Below the pieces are notes generated by a model. It made no database searches, was not told where the DNA came from, and saw nothing but the letters and a program-made list of their open reading frames with translations. From positions 50,344,001 through 50,408,000 of the forward strand of contig OZ024744.1 in the NCBI GenBank assembly GCA_964016885.1: 64,000 bases of DNA, given 5' to 3'. This document shows, piece after piece, positions 48,607-64,000 of the stretch. The DNA is from Eledone cirrhosa. Its lineage: Eukaryota. The position numbers and the translations under genes were made by a program. Within the stretch, counting starts at the first letter, position 1. Every line of letters begins with the position of its first letter.

Positions 48607-50628
48607 TTTCTGAATTTGTTTAGCAAGATTCTTTATCTGAAATCGTGTGTTGAAACCGATATTGTTATACTTTGGGAGGGTCATGTTGCCAATAAGAAAC
48701 ACACGCACCAGTTGCTTTCACTTCAATTTAATTTATTATATATTTATAAATTTACAAATTTATAAATTTCTGGTTGGTTGGTTGGTTCCACAACCAGATA
48801 GTTGTTTATATATATATAGTCATAGTTCTTTCGTCACACACTCTGTGACCTCTTCAGTGACTGGGGATTTCTTTCTTCGTTTCTGTGCCTTTCCTTTCTT
48901 CTATCCTACGCCATTTTGTTTGTGTGTGGGTTGCGTGCTCAGTTTGCGCATGCGCCACATCCGGGTGTCTGTGTGTGTTTGTGTTCATTTTTCTATTTTT
49001 CTATTTATATTTTCTATTTGTTTGTTTATTTATTTATTTATTGTTGGTTGGTTGTTTGTTCTATGTGTGTGTGTGTTTTCATTTTGTCTTGTGTGTGTTT
49101 TCATTTTGTGTGTGTTTTCAATTGTAAGTTGTTTGTTCTATGTGTGTGTGTGTTTTCATTTTGTCCTTAATTGTAAGTTGTGATGTTGCTGTTCCACTCA
49201 TATTTTCTATTTAATTTTGGTTTTAATTCTTTTATGCTTACTGCCTCTGTAATTTGCCTAAACATTGCGTCTTTCTTGTGTGTGGATTCTATTTTTATTT
49301 CTATGCTCTCTAATTTACCCCTGTGTTCTATCTTAGCATGTTGGTAGAGCACAGATGATTCTTTATTATCTTGGAGGTCTCGCCAGTGTTCATTTATTCG
49401 TTCCCCTATACTACGAGCTGTCTCACCTATGTACACTATATTTTTGTTTCATTATGTCATTTATGTCATAATGACATAAATGGGACCTGCCCCTTGTATA
49501 GGAGCAAATTTTGGAATAGAATAGAAAGAACTAAGAACAAGGCCAATAGAATAAACTCATGGTATGATAGCAATAAATACCAGAGTGTAATGTTCATCAA
49601 TACAACCCCTAGAGGCGAACTAGCCTACAAATTTAGAAGGGCCCTAAAGAAACATAATCTCAATATTAAGATAGTAGAAAGACCTGGTACCTCCGTAAAA
49701 ACACTTATTAGCAAGACATACCCGTTCCAAAGACCCTCATGTATAGATAAGAAATGTATAACCTGTAAAATAAGCCCCCATATTAACTGTAAAACTAGAA
49801 ATGTAGTATATAGCATAAGATGTACTGAAGGACAATGTAGAAACAAAAATATAGTGTACATAGGTGAGACAGCTCGTAGTATAGGGGAACGAATAAATGA
49901 ACACTGGCGAGACCTCCAAGATAATAAAGAATCATCTGTGCTCTACCAACATGCTAAGATAGAACACAGGGGTAAATTAGAGAGCATAGAAATAAAAATA
50001 GAATCCACACACAAGAAAGACGCAATGTTTAGGCAAATTACAGAGGCAGTAAGCATAAAAGAATTAAAACCAAAATTAAATAGAAAATATGAGTGGAACA
50101 GCAACATCACAACTTACAATTAAGGACAAAATGAAAACACACACACACATAGAACAAACAACTTACAATTGAAAACACACACAAAATGAAAACACACACA
50201 AGACAAAATGAAAACACACACACACATAGAACAAACAACCAACCAACAATAAATAAATAAATAAACAAACAAATAGAAAATATAAATAGAAAAATAGAAA
50301 AATGAACACAAACACACACAGACACCCGGATGTGGCGCATGCGCAAACTGAGCACGCAACCCACACACAAACAAAATGGCGTAGGATAGAAGAAAGGAAA
50401 GGCACAGAAACGAAGAAAGAAATCCCCAGTCACTGAAGAGGTCACAGAGTGTGTGACGAAAGAACTATGACTATATATATATATAAACAACTATCTGGTT
50501 GTGGAACCAACCAACCAACCAGAAATTTATAAATTTGTAAATTTATAAATATATATTAAATTGAAGTGAAAGCAACTGGTGCGTGTGTTTCTTATTGGCA
50601 ACATGACCCTCCCAAAGTATAACAATAT
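48600..50628 (+). mobile_element. Young 5'-truncated PLE with inverted duplication of its 3' end (arms about 48659-49450 / 49840-50628)
   Basis: Open GIY-YIG frame NVVYSIRC..YIGETARSIGERINEH..RQITEAVSI..LNRKYEW on + strand (to 50123) and identical on - strand (49167-49436). Confidence 0.9.
50428..50472 (+). ncRNA. Minimal hammerhead ribozyme in PLE pseudo-LTR (mirror copy at about 48818-48862, - strand)
   Basis: agtca-CTGAAGA-ggtcac..gtgac-GAAA-gaac-TA-tgact. Confidence 0.75.
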
Positions 50629-51039
50629 ATATATATATTTATATATGTGTGTGTGTGTGTAGATATGTGTGTGCGTGTGTGATAAGTAGAGAGATAGATG
50701 TTCAGAACTCTTACATTCATCAATATTAAACACTTGCATCACTTCAACAGCTTGAGATACAGAGATATATATAAATAAATAGCAAGGGTGATAGATCAAT
50801 AAATACACAGAGATAAATAGACAGAAATACAAACATACTCCGAACATTCGTGTATTTACATGTAGGTATGTGTGTGCGCTTGTTATATACGTATTTATTT
50901 ACTTATATACGTTTATATAATTATTTATTTATTTGTACACAAGCATACACACACACACATATTTATATGTGCGTGGTTTTGTATACCTATGGTAAGGTTT
51001 TGCGTATGCTTGTGTATGTACGTATCTGTTTGTGTGTAT

Positions 51040-51713
51040 GTATTTATTTATTTCTATTACTTCTGTATTGTATTTATTTACTTTGTTCTTAACTCTGTAG
51101 CGGAGATTCATTCGGTCTCCGAGCTAGAATTTTAGTCTACGACTTCTGCTATACCATTTACGTGGTTTTGTCTTTGCGTGCTATTGTTCTCCACGCTCCA
51201 CATATGACTTATTATCTTCGTTTTTTCGTTCATTGCCAGAGAACGTCTCTATGCACCACCTAAGAGAACATTAGTCTACGACCTCTTTTATACCATAAAC
51301 GTGGTTCTGTCTTTGCGCGTAATTGTTTTTCACCGCTCCTATTAATGACGTATTATTCGTTTTTTCCCGTTCTTTGCCAGCGAACGTTTCTACGAACCAA
51401 AGTATCGTCTTCCTGTCTTCCTCCGGTTGCAACGTTTTTTGAAATATCCAGTTCTGCGTTTACAGATTGACTTTGTTAGTTTCAGAAGATCCCGTTAAGG
51501 GTGAAAGCAGCGATTCTTTGCTTAAACTTTAATCTGTTATTTTAATAAATATACTTATATATATATATATATAAGTATATGTATATCACGATAAATTAAC
51601 GGAGCCATAGACTCTCACTATTCCCTGTCAGTAATGTGCTCAAAGGAGATTGTATTATAAGTATATGTATATATATATATGTATATATACATATATGTAT
51701 ATATATACATATA

Positions 51714-51800
<87 letters not shown>

Positions 51801-52290
51801 TTATTTATTGAAATAACAGATTAAAGTTTAAGCAAAGAATCGCTACTTTCACCCTAACGGGATCTTCTGAAACTGACAAAGTCAATCTGTGAACGCAGAA
51901 GTGGATATTTCAAAAAACGTTGCAACCGGAGGAAGACAGGAATACGATACTTTGGTTCGTGGGAACGTTCCCTGGCAAAGAACGGGGGAAAAATGAATAT
52001 AATACGTCATTATTTGGCGCGGTGAAAACAATTACGCGCAAAGACAGAACCACGTTTATGGTATAAAAGAAGTCGTAGACTAATGTTCTCTGGCAATGAA
52101 CGGAAAAAATGAATATAATACATCATATGTGGAGCGTGGAGAACAATTGCACACAAAGACAAAACACCGTAAATGGTATAGCTGAAGTCGTAGACTAAAA
52201 TTCTAACTAACAAATCGAATGATTCTCCGCTTCAGAGTTAAGAATAAAGTAAATACAATACAGAGGTAATTGAAATTAAATAAATACATG
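51040..52290. repeat. About 500-bp diverged inverted repeat around (TA)n, each arm with an internal tandem repeat
   Basis: 51040-51550 vs 51800-52290; ttagtctacgac..ccat..gtctttg occurs twice per arm; hammerhead-like cagaagatccc..gggtgaaa. Confidence 0.85.
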
Positions 52291-52305
52291 TTTTATTATT
52301 ATTAC

Positions 52306-52365
<60 letters not shown>

Positions 52366-52492
52366 ATATATATATATATATATATATACTTATATATGTA
52401 GAAGAGATATTTATATATATATATGTGTATGATTTGTATATATGTATATACACACACACATATACATATATATATATATATGCAATCATACG

Positions 52493-52561
<69 letters not shown>

Positions 52562-52575
52562 TCAGGCAAACATAC

Positions 52576-52619
<44 letters not shown>

Positions 52620-52666
52620 TGACAGTGGATTTTTAAAAAAACTGTCTATAGATACACCACGATTTT

Positions 52667-52725
52667 TTCATTCTGATGACTGAAAGCAAATTTTGTTTGC
52701 TTTCAAGAAACCACTGGTAAATGAA
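52667..52725 (+). ncRNA. Type I hammerhead ribozyme motif
   Basis: ttcatt-CTGATGA-c-tgaaagcaaa/tttgctttca-a-GAAA-ccactgg-TA-aatgaa; a second decayed motif near 52785-52825. Confidence 0.75.
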
Positions 52726-52992
52726 ATAATTATCTTGCGTTGTTTATTACATAACTATATATATACCACACTAATACATTTCACTATCATTTGATAATGC
52801 ATATAAATGCTGAAACCGGTAATAGACAATAATTAAATATATAAATAGATAAATAAATGCCATTGTTAAATAATAAATAAATCAATTAATACCTTAACAC
52901 TTCACACAAAGTAAAACATTTCGTTTTAATCATTCTAACCCAGAAAAAAGAGAGAGAGAGACAAAAAAAAGGAAAATATATATATATATAGG

Positions 52993-53200
52993 AACGATCG
53001 ACTTTCGTCAAATCGGACCGAGGGAACAATGTTTCCGTTGGTCTTTCCAATTGCTAATACTATCTATCGGTCGCAACTCCAGGTAGAAGGAGCAACGTGA
53101 AATAAAGTATCTTGCTCAAGGACATAACGCATCGCCTGGTCCAGGAATCGAACTCACAACCTTACGATTGCGAATCCCATTCTCTAACCACTCAGCCACA
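52993..53200 (-). mobile_element. CORE-like SINE with second tail type
   Basis: gtggctgagtggttagag A box, gagttcgattcc B box, ccttgagcaagatactttatttcac. Confidence 0.75.
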
Positions 53201-53240
53201 TATATATATTTCTTCCTCATAATCGTCTCTTTCTCCCTGT

Positions 53241-54360
<1,120 letters not shown>

Positions 54361-54714
54361 AGAATATATGTATATATATGTATATATACTGTATATCAGA
54401 TATTAAGTAAGGAAACTAATCAACTTGCAGCCAGTAAATATACATATTTCTATCACCCTTTCTATCTATTTATATATCTCTCTGTATCTCAAGCTGTTGA
54501 TGTGCTGCAAGTGTTTAATATTGATGAATGTAAGAGTTCTTAACATCTATCTCTCTACCTATGTGTGTACACACACACATATATATATACACACACACAT
54601 ATACATATATATATATGTGTGTGTGTATATACACACACATATATATACATACATACATGAATAGATCGGTCCCACCCTTGCAAGGGAGGAAAAGTGGATG
54701 TAAAATGATGATGA

Positions 54715-54750
<36 letters not shown>

Positions 54751-54917
54751 TATTAAGTAAGCAAACTAATCAAGTTGTCAGCCAGTAAATATACATATTC
54801 AAAAATTTACTGTTCTTTTCTCAGACATGTAATTCATGCTAAATATATATATTTATATATATATGTGTGTGTATGTGTGTGTATGTATATATGTATATAT
54901 ATATATGTGTGTGTTTG

Positions 54918-54980
<63 letters not shown>

Positions 54981-55014
54981 GTGTGTGTGTTTGTGTGTGT
55001 CTATTTGTATGTAT

Positions 55015-55410
55015 CATCATCATTTTACGTCCGCTTTTCTTTACTTGCAAGGGTGGGACGGGAACTGATTTGGTTTGATTTCTACAGCTGGATACCCTTC
55101 TTCATAACACCAACCTCATTTACAGTGAATGCTGGGTGCTTTTTTTCTGTGGTGCCTCCACATCCACTTTACAGTGAGTGCTGGGTGCTTTTCCGTGGCG
55201 CCTCCACGTCCACTTTACACTGAGTGCTGGGTGCTTTCTTGCCATGGCACCTCCACGACCACTTTGCAGTGGAATGATAGGGACCCCAGTCCCTATCATC
55301 TCATTTCTACAGCTGAGTAAACTGGAGCAATGTGAAATAAAGTGTCTTGCTCAAGGAAACTACCTTTTAATTGCAAGGCTAATGCTCTAACCACTAAGCC
55401 ATGTTCCTCC
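55015..55410 (-). mobile_element. CORE-SINE with RTE-derived tail
   Basis: Inverted relative of 47120-47453. Confidence 0.85.
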
Positions 55411-55538
55411 CATGTATATATACATACATATATATATATAAACATACATATATATATATATGGCGGGTCATTCTTGAGTGCTACTGGTAACATGTAACCC
55501 AGTACAACCTGTCGCATGGTCGCAAGAGGCAGCCATCA

Positions 55539-56556
<1,018 letters not shown>

Positions 56557-56557
56557 G

Positions 56558-56895
56558 TGAAGGCACATGGCTTAGTGGTTAGAGCATTGGGCTTGCAATC
56601 AAAAGGTTGTGAGTTCAATTCTCGGACCGGGTGATGTGTTGTTTCCTTGAGCAAGACACTTTATTTCACGTTGCTCCAGTTTACTCAGCTGTAGAAATGA
56701 ATTGCGACGTCACCAAGCTGAATCGGCCATTGCCTTTCCCTTGGACCTCATTGGTGGCATGGAGAGGGGAGACTGGTATGCATGGGCGACTATTGGTCTT
56801 CCACAAACAACCTTGCCTGGACTTGTGCCTCGGAGGAAAACATTCTAGGTGCAAATCCCATGGTCATTCGTGACCGAAGGGGGTTTTAACCTTTT
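56558..56895 (+). mobile_element. CORE-SINE with third tail type
   Basis: Same head and CORE, then aattgcgacgtcacc...ggtgcaaatcccatggtcattcgtgaccgaaggggg. Confidence 0.85.
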
Positions 56896-56911
56896 ATGTA
56901 TATATATGTAT

Positions 56912-56949
<38 letters not shown>

Positions 56950-57045
56950 ATATATGTATATATGTATGTATATATATGTATATATATATATATATGTATA
57001 TATATATGTATAAGAGTCAATGGCCATCCAAAGTCACCGGGAGAT

Positions 57046-57433
57046 TGTCAAGGCAGAATTCTAGGAGAAGGAAAACTCTGATATAACACCTGCAACCCTG
57101 ATGGTATCCAATGATGTTGACTTGTTCTTCTTTTTGGTAAATATCATCTTGGTTAAGAGAGTGGGACTGGCTTTGTGCAGTGCCTTTGCTCACTATAAAA
57201 GCTTCACGGTACAGGCATTACTTTATATCTGGAGATCTCTCTGCACTTGTCGTCACATGGTACCATGGGCCCAGCATTATGTGTCAATAATTGTCACAAG
57301 TGTAGTGTTTGTACCAGAGTTTTCAAGTCGCTGGCTGGACTAAAAAGTCACACTCATTCAGCGCATCGGTAGGGGTTCTCCTACATGGATATAAAGTAGT
57401 GGCCGTACTCGAAAACGAGTTGGCAGCCACCAT
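57046..57433 (+). mobile_element. Short RTE-derived non-autonomous element, copy 2
   Basis: Near-identical to 46604-46991. Confidence 0.6.
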
Positions 57434-57825
57434 ATATATATATATATATGTATCTATATATATTTATATGTATATGTATATATATATATGTATGTGTATT
57501 TATATGTATTTGTATATATAGATATAGAAATATATAGAAATATACATGCATATATATATATATGTAATCACGCCAATATCCAATGTACGTTGAATACACG
57601 TGCAACACTAACGTGCACCTGCAGATGACGCAGAAGGTGTATATATATATATAGTGCGAGGGAGGAGGATTGATTGATAGGTAAATATACAATGTGCGTA
57701 TATATGTGTGTGTGTGTGAGTGTGTGTGTCAGTGTATATGTGTGTGCCTGTGTGTGAGTCCTCGGTTCCATTGGAGGTAACCAAAGTAACATACTCAATA
57801 CAGTAGTAGAGTGTGAACATCAAAT

Positions 57826-57935
57826 TTAATGTAGAAATGGCATCTATAGGACTAGAACTGTTTCATTTGAAAGGGCTTTCCTGATGATGTCTTTTGAAAA
57901 AACAGTTCTAGTCCTATAGAAGCCATTTTTATATT
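57826..57935. repeat. Diverged palindrome of the same hammerhead-like unit
   Basis: ctataggactagaactgtttc..cctgatga..aaacagttctagtcctatag. Confidence 0.75.
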
Positions 57936-58000
57936 ATATTTTATATATATATACATATATAACCCATGCTAGCGTGGAAAATGGACGTTAAACGAGGATG

Positions 58001-58034
<34 letters not shown>

Positions 58035-58052
58035 GCATACATGTATATATAC

Positions 58053-58116
<64 letters not shown>

Positions 58117-58141
58117 GTATATATATATATATGTATATATG

Positions 58142-58229
<88 letters not shown>

Positions 58230-58366
58230 TACCTTCTGCGTCATCTGCTGCTGCAGTTATTGTTGCACGTGTATTATACATATACATATATATATATATC
58301 AACCTTTGCTAGCAGGGAATGCATCCATTAAACAATGATAATGATGATGAGATAGATAGATAGATA

Positions 58367-58936
58367 TGTTTCTTTATTAGCCACAGGAGCACAAAAGAAG
58401 GGGACAAATACAAAGGGGGAAGTTTACATACAATAAAAACGTGTAAAATATTATCACAAATGCAATTTAAAAATAGATAGATAGATAGATAGATTTCTTT
58501 ATTAGCCACAGGGGCACAAAAGAAGGGGACAAATACAAAGGGGGAAGTTTACATACAATGAAAACGTGTAAAATGTTATCACAGATGGAATTTAAAAGTT
58601 AGTCGATTTTCCCCAATAGAGGGAGACAGTTTATATGGGTAACACATACCCCCGAAAAAAAATGTACAACCCTCATCTCCAGGAGTACGAAGAGCTTGTA
58701 CTCCTTTCCTCTCCTCCTCCTTTTCCTCAACCTACAGGCTGATATAGAGAGAAGGCCCATTCACTCGGGCCATTTTCGCCACTTTCACCCACCTTTCATA
58801 AAACTTGCTGGGGTACAGCACCTCTCTCTCCATCCTGATTCTTCTTCCAAAGTGGTATTTGAAAAAAAGAATCAGTTGTTGGCCGGAGAGAAAGGTGTCT
58901 GACCTCAGCCCTTTCACCCTTGTCCACCATAAAACC
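58367..58936 (-). mobile_element. 5'-truncated pieces of a second Tx1 family in (GATA)n (58495-58936 plus extra 3' end 58367-58472)
   Basis: KGLRSDTFLSGQQLILFFKYHFGRRIRMEREVL..ERWVKVAKMARVNGPSL is homologous to the copy A C-terminus; 3' end gtggctaataaagaaa. Confidence 0.85.
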
Positions 58937-58993
<57 letters not shown>

Positions 58994-59186
58994 GAATGCC
59001 AACACAAAATACATATACATTCATTTACACATATGAATATATATATACATACATGCATATATATATATAAATATATATATATATTTAAACACACATACAT
59101 ACCTGCTTAGGAGCTGTTTACAATGCTATTATCCAATGCACATCAACAACAACAGCAATGGTAGATGATGCAGTGTGTGTGTATAA

Positions 59187-59218
<32 letters not shown>

Positions 59219-59387
59219 TTTGTATGTGTATAGAAGGTCACGTGCTCACAGCATCAGTGGTGATGTTACAATGATGTCAAAATAATTGTAGTACTAGCAG
59301 CAGTTGCAGTAGTAATAGCATTACTATCAATAGTGAAGCTGTGCATTACTTTATGTCTGTCTAAGTAACACTTGGTCTATCTATCTA

Positions 59388-59432
<45 letters not shown>

Positions 59433-59603
59433 GTGTGTGTATAACTATCTATCCATCTGTCTATCTGTATATCTGTTTGTCTATCTATCTCTCATTCTAT
59501 CTATCTACCTATCTATCAGTTAATCTGGCTGTCAATCTATCTATCTACCAGTCTTTTTATCTTTCTGCCTTTCTATCTATCTATCTCTCTACCTATCTAC
59601 CTG

Positions 59604-59663
<60 letters not shown>

Positions 59664-59759
59664 TGTCTATATACTGCCTGTCTATCTGAATCTTTTTATA
59701 TATATATACATTTATTTTTACCTATTTATTTTATAATCATCCTTTATTATAGTTCTCCA

Positions 59760-60410
59760 GGCCATTAAAAAGAGTTTATGTCTAGTTGTTCATATGAACT
59801 TTTCTATGCTGGTGATCTTATTCTTACTGCTAAATCTGCTTGAAGAGCTTTAGAAGAAATGTTTTGGAGGGACAGAACTTAAAAGTAATGTATAGAGCAG
59901 CAAAGAAATAGACTTTCTTAAATCTCATGAAAATACCATAAAAGTGACTGATAGCTTCTGTTAATTAGGTGACCTAATTAGCAGTGAAGGATATTGCGCT
60001 AAAAGCATAGCAGCTGGAAAAGGTTATGAGAGCTAATACTTCTGTTGAGAAATAAGGGCATTTTTTTTATCAGCAAAGAGTTGAATGTATGATGTTTGCA
60101 TGAGAAGTTTGACATTGGAAGTAAATGTAGTGAATATACAGATTAGTGAAAAATGAGCAATAGGGCATGAATGAACTGAAAGAAGAACTGGGTATAAGAG
60201 GAATCAGATGAAGTGTGTAAAGGAGAAGACTGTGCTAGTAAGTACATGTGATGCATATGGGCAATGAGCGCTGGGTGAAGAAGTGGCAGGTAATGCCAAT
60301 GAAAGGAAAATGTAGTAAAAGGAAGACTAAGAAAACCATGGGCAGAAATGATTAAAACTAATCTCAAAATCACTGAATGTCACAGAGGAGATGATAAAGG
60401 AAAGTGGTAG
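59760..60410 (+). mobile_element. Highly degenerate RTE LINE 3' fragment
   Basis: ctatgctggtgat (YADD-like), gatagcttctgtt, aactgggtataagaggaatcag resemble 32020-32670. Confidence 0.6.
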
Positions 60411-60984
60411 AAGAGATCTCTATTTTGATCTATCTATCTGACTAATTATCTCTTTCTCTCTTTCTTTATATCTATCTAACTGTCTGTTTCTTTTCATACA
60501 CACACACGAGCGCGCTCGTGCACGCGCATATATATATATATATCCCATGCTAGCATGGAAGATAGACGTTAAACGATGATGATGATATATATATATACGT
60601 GTTTGTGTGTGTCTACATGTGCACATACCACACACACTGACACACACAAGCACAGAAACTAACATGCACACACATACACACATACACATATCTCTTTCAC
60701 CATCCTCCCTCTCTCATATTTCATCATCTAACAGTTGCCCCTCAACATATCTACCTCCTTAATGAAATCAATAACTAGTTCAATAACCAATCAATAACTG
60801 ATCAATAGATGCAGTTTTTGAATATGACACCCTGGAAAAATATTTGAATCAATATATATTTTCTTGGTGTAAAAAATGTTATATTTCCTTACTTCAGTTG
60901 CTATAGTTTGATTTTTGATTGGTACTATGCTAGTATATATACAAATCATCATCATCGTGTGTGTCTGCAATTGCGGTTATGAGC

Positions 60985-63070
60985 ATCATCATCATCATCA
61001 TCATCATCATCATTTTATGTCCGCTTTTCCCTGCTTGCAAGGGTGGCTAGGGTCCTATTCAGCACAGCATCTCTCTACTTGTCACAGTCCTTCATCATCT
61101 CCTCTGTGAGCTTCAGCGATCTGAGGTTTGCTCTCACCACCTCAGCCCATATTTGTTGTGGTCTTCCTCTTCTGTGTCTTCCTTCTACTGGGATTTCTTG
61201 ACAATTTTTTACCCAGCAGTCATCCTACATGTGCATCACATGTCCATGCCATCTCAGCCTTCTCTCCTGCACACCACAACTTATCCTTCTTATACCCAGT
61301 TTCTCTCTCAACTCATCTATGCTGAGTTGTTCACGTACATTGACATCGCACATCCAACGGAGCATGCTTGCTTCATTTCTCTCCAGCCGTCGCATATCCT
61401 CTGCAGTTGCTGTCCATGTCTTACTACCATGCAATATCGCGCATCTCACACAGGCATCATATAACCGTCCTTTAGTACGCAGGGAGAAACCCTTCTTTGT
61501 CAACAGAGGATGCAGATCCCTAAACTTCTTCCAAACCAATCCTTATTCTAGATACTATGGCCTCGTAAACCCCCCCCCCCCTCCCATGCTAATCTGATCA
61601 CCTAAGTATCGGAAGCTATCAACCACTTCTATAGAACCTACCTGCATTGGAAAAATGTGTCTATCACTGCGACTTCTACTGTCTAATTTCCCTGTACATC
61701 TAATGCATACGTATTTCTCCCTACCTGTTAGTTTGCCTGCTAACCCGCTACATCTCTTGTGTAGCCAGGATCTGCATTGTGTGCATTTTATAGAATTTAT
61801 GCCAGTTCCTTTTCTGCATATCAAACATGGCCATTTCCCTGACGGAATCAGAGTTTTCTCCTCTTTTCTACTCATCAACACTTTTGTCTTAGCTAGGTTC
61901 ACTCTCAGTCCTCTTGCTTCCAACTGCTGTTTCCATAGCCAGAATTTATTCTCTAGCTCCTCTACTGATTCTGCTATAAGAACCAGATCGTCAGCATAGA
62001 GAAGTTCCCATGGGCAGCCAGTCTTAAACTCCTCTGTTATGGCTTGGAGGACTATAATAAACAAGAGCGGGCTGAGGACCGAACCCTGATATACTCCTAC
62101 TTGTATCTGGAATTCCTCACTAAACTCCATACCTACTCTCACTTTACTGACAGCATCTCTGTACAAAGTTTGCACTGTCCTCAACACCTAGTTTCCTTAG
62201 GGACCACCAGATGACAGATCGGGGTACCCTATCAAAGGCCTTCTCTAGGTCAACAAAAGCTAAGTATAGTGGCTTATTCTTCTCTAAGAACCTCTCTTGT
62301 AGTTGTCTCACCAAGAAAAAGGCATCTGTTGTACTTTTCCCAGGCACAAAACCAAACTGCATCTCATCTAATTTGACCCTTTCTCTAATAAGTTGCGCTA
62401 ATATCCTTTCTGCCATTTTCATAACCTGATCCATCAACTTTATGCCCCTATAATTGCTCCTCTCTAGAGCATCCCCTTTACCTTATGTTGCAATTTATGA
62501 GAATATTGCTGCACCAGTCTTTGGGTATGACACCAGCATATATAGCTTGATTGATGATGCGTGCTACCAGTTTAGTGCCTACTTCTCCTTATGCTTTCAG
62601 TATCTCAGCAACTATTCCCGACGGTCCAGCGGCCTTACCATTCTTCATTTCCTTAATTGCCTCTTGGACCCTATATTCAGCAATCTCAAAAGCTGGTTCC
62701 TCTGTCTTGTCTACTGGGGATAATTTCTCTCTCTCCCATTCGTTCTCCATATTCATCAGTCTCTCATAATGACATTTCCATACCTCCTTTTTCTGATCAT
62801 TCATGACACTAAGTACACGGCATCATTTCAGACACACTTATCTCCAACAACATCCTGATTTGCATTGACACACTGCCTTGCAATGTGGAACACCACACGC
62901 CTCTGATCTTCCCATCGCAGAACATTGGCAAACCTCCTACTCTCAGCCTTTCTGCATGCTAAGTACACCTGACATCTAGCTTCTCTCTTAGCGGCTGTGT
63001 ATCGGTCTCTACTCCCACCATTTTTCCAAGCATTCCATGCTAGATGAGATACAGTTTGGTTTTGTGCCTC
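60985..63070 (-). mobile_element. 5'-truncated RTE LINE (RT domain, frameshifted) with (GAT)n tail
   Basis: MKNGKAAGPSG, QFGFVPGKSTTDA, AFVDLEKAFDRVPR, QGSVLSPLLF, LLYADDL, ERRLRWHGHV. Confidence 0.93.
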
Positions 63071-63074
63071 GGAA

Positions 63075-63283
63075 ACGTGGTCGTGGAGGTGCGACGGCAA
63101 AAAAAGCACCCAGCCCACACTGTAAAGTAGACGTGTAAGTGCCACAGCAAAAAAGCACCCAGCACTCACTGTAAATGAGGTTGGTGTTAGGAACGGCATC
63201 CAGCTGTAGAAATCAAGCCAAAATCAGTTCCCGTCCCTCCCTTTCAAGCAGGGAAAAGCGGACGTAAAAGTGATGATGATGAT
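63075..63283 (+). mobile_element. CORE-SINE 3' tail fragment
   Basis: gcacccagcactcactgtaaatgagg..gcggacgtaaaagtgatgatg. Confidence 0.8.
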
Positions 63284-63319
63284 ATAAATATTTGTCATCA
63301 TATCATTTTATATCATCAT

Positions 63320-64000
63320 CATCATCAGGTCGAGCTTGCTCGGCTTTCTATGACACACTTCCTCCATCGATCTCTGTCTCTCATAGCGTTTGCCAGTTCT
63401 TCCGCAGTGCATCCAGTATCGTCCTCAAGTTGCTTGACGTATGTCTTCTTGGGATGACCAGCATTTCTTGCTCCATGAGATGGACTCCATAACAACACAT
63501 CACCTGCTATTTCTTCCTTGCTGTGCCAACAGTGGCCAGCAAATCTGAGTCTCTGTCCAAGTATTGACCTGTTGATAGGTGGTATATTGCCATTTTATAT
63601 GGTGCTTTTCTATGTTTGCATAGGTTGGATATGTCCTTTCCAGCAAAGCCAAACTCCACCGATACCGTTCTTCATCATCATCTGCGTGAGGTTCAGTATT
63701 TTGAGATCAGTTCTAACCACTTCTGCCCAGGTTTTTCTTGATCTTCCTTTACTGCAGCTTTTGTCCACTAAAATCACCCGGTACTTCTTAACCCAGTGTT
63801 CATAATCTATATTCATTGCACGTCCAAACCAGTGCAGTTTTCTCTCCAGCACCCTACACCTGATTCCCCTTAAACCTAGTTTTTTCTCTCAGTTCATCCA
63901 TGTCCCGTTGTTCTTATACTCTCCAGTTTCCGTATATCCTCTGCAGTTACTGTCAAAATCACACTGCTATGGAATATCACATTTTTTGTGCAGACATTAT
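63320..64000 (-). mobile_element. Two degenerate RTE 3' fragments
   Basis: ERKLHWFGRAM..GRSRKTWAEVVRTDL (63600-64000); LRFAGHC-like and DRWR-like remnants (63330-63560). Confidence 0.65.

Noticed and set aside
49371-49480. N-terminus MEVSPVFIYSF of the 250-aa ORF
   Set aside because: It is the antisense of the inverted arm fused by chance to the GIY-YIG frame

Overview
Eukaryotic, repeat-saturated genomic DNA. It is probably from a cephalopod (octopus-like), inferred from the CORE- and Meta-domain SINEs and the abundant (TA)n. The only host-gene signal is the first coding exon of a universal stress protein (USP)-like gene on the minus strand (46135-46243). Everything else I can identify is transposon-derived. 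This includes an Hsmar2-like mariner, two tandem full-length L1/Tx1-clade retrotransposons, an R4/Dong-like LINE, a CRE-clade LINE, several RTE LINE fragments, non-autonomous Helitrons, a hAT MITE and many SINEs. There are also several Penelope-like element (PLE) remnants with hammerhead-ribozyme motifs and inverted duplications. Most notable: (1) Tx1 copy A is one base away from a single ~1814-aa gag-EN-RT polyprotein. (2) It sits in a 14.5-kb nest of elements all joined at (AAT)n, while a sister Tx1 family at 58.4-58.9 kb sits in (GATA)n. (3) A small hammerhead-like unit recurs as palindromes folded at its catalytic core. Family names come from recalled motifs, not database searches. The (YI)n ORFs in the track are microsatellite artefacts.
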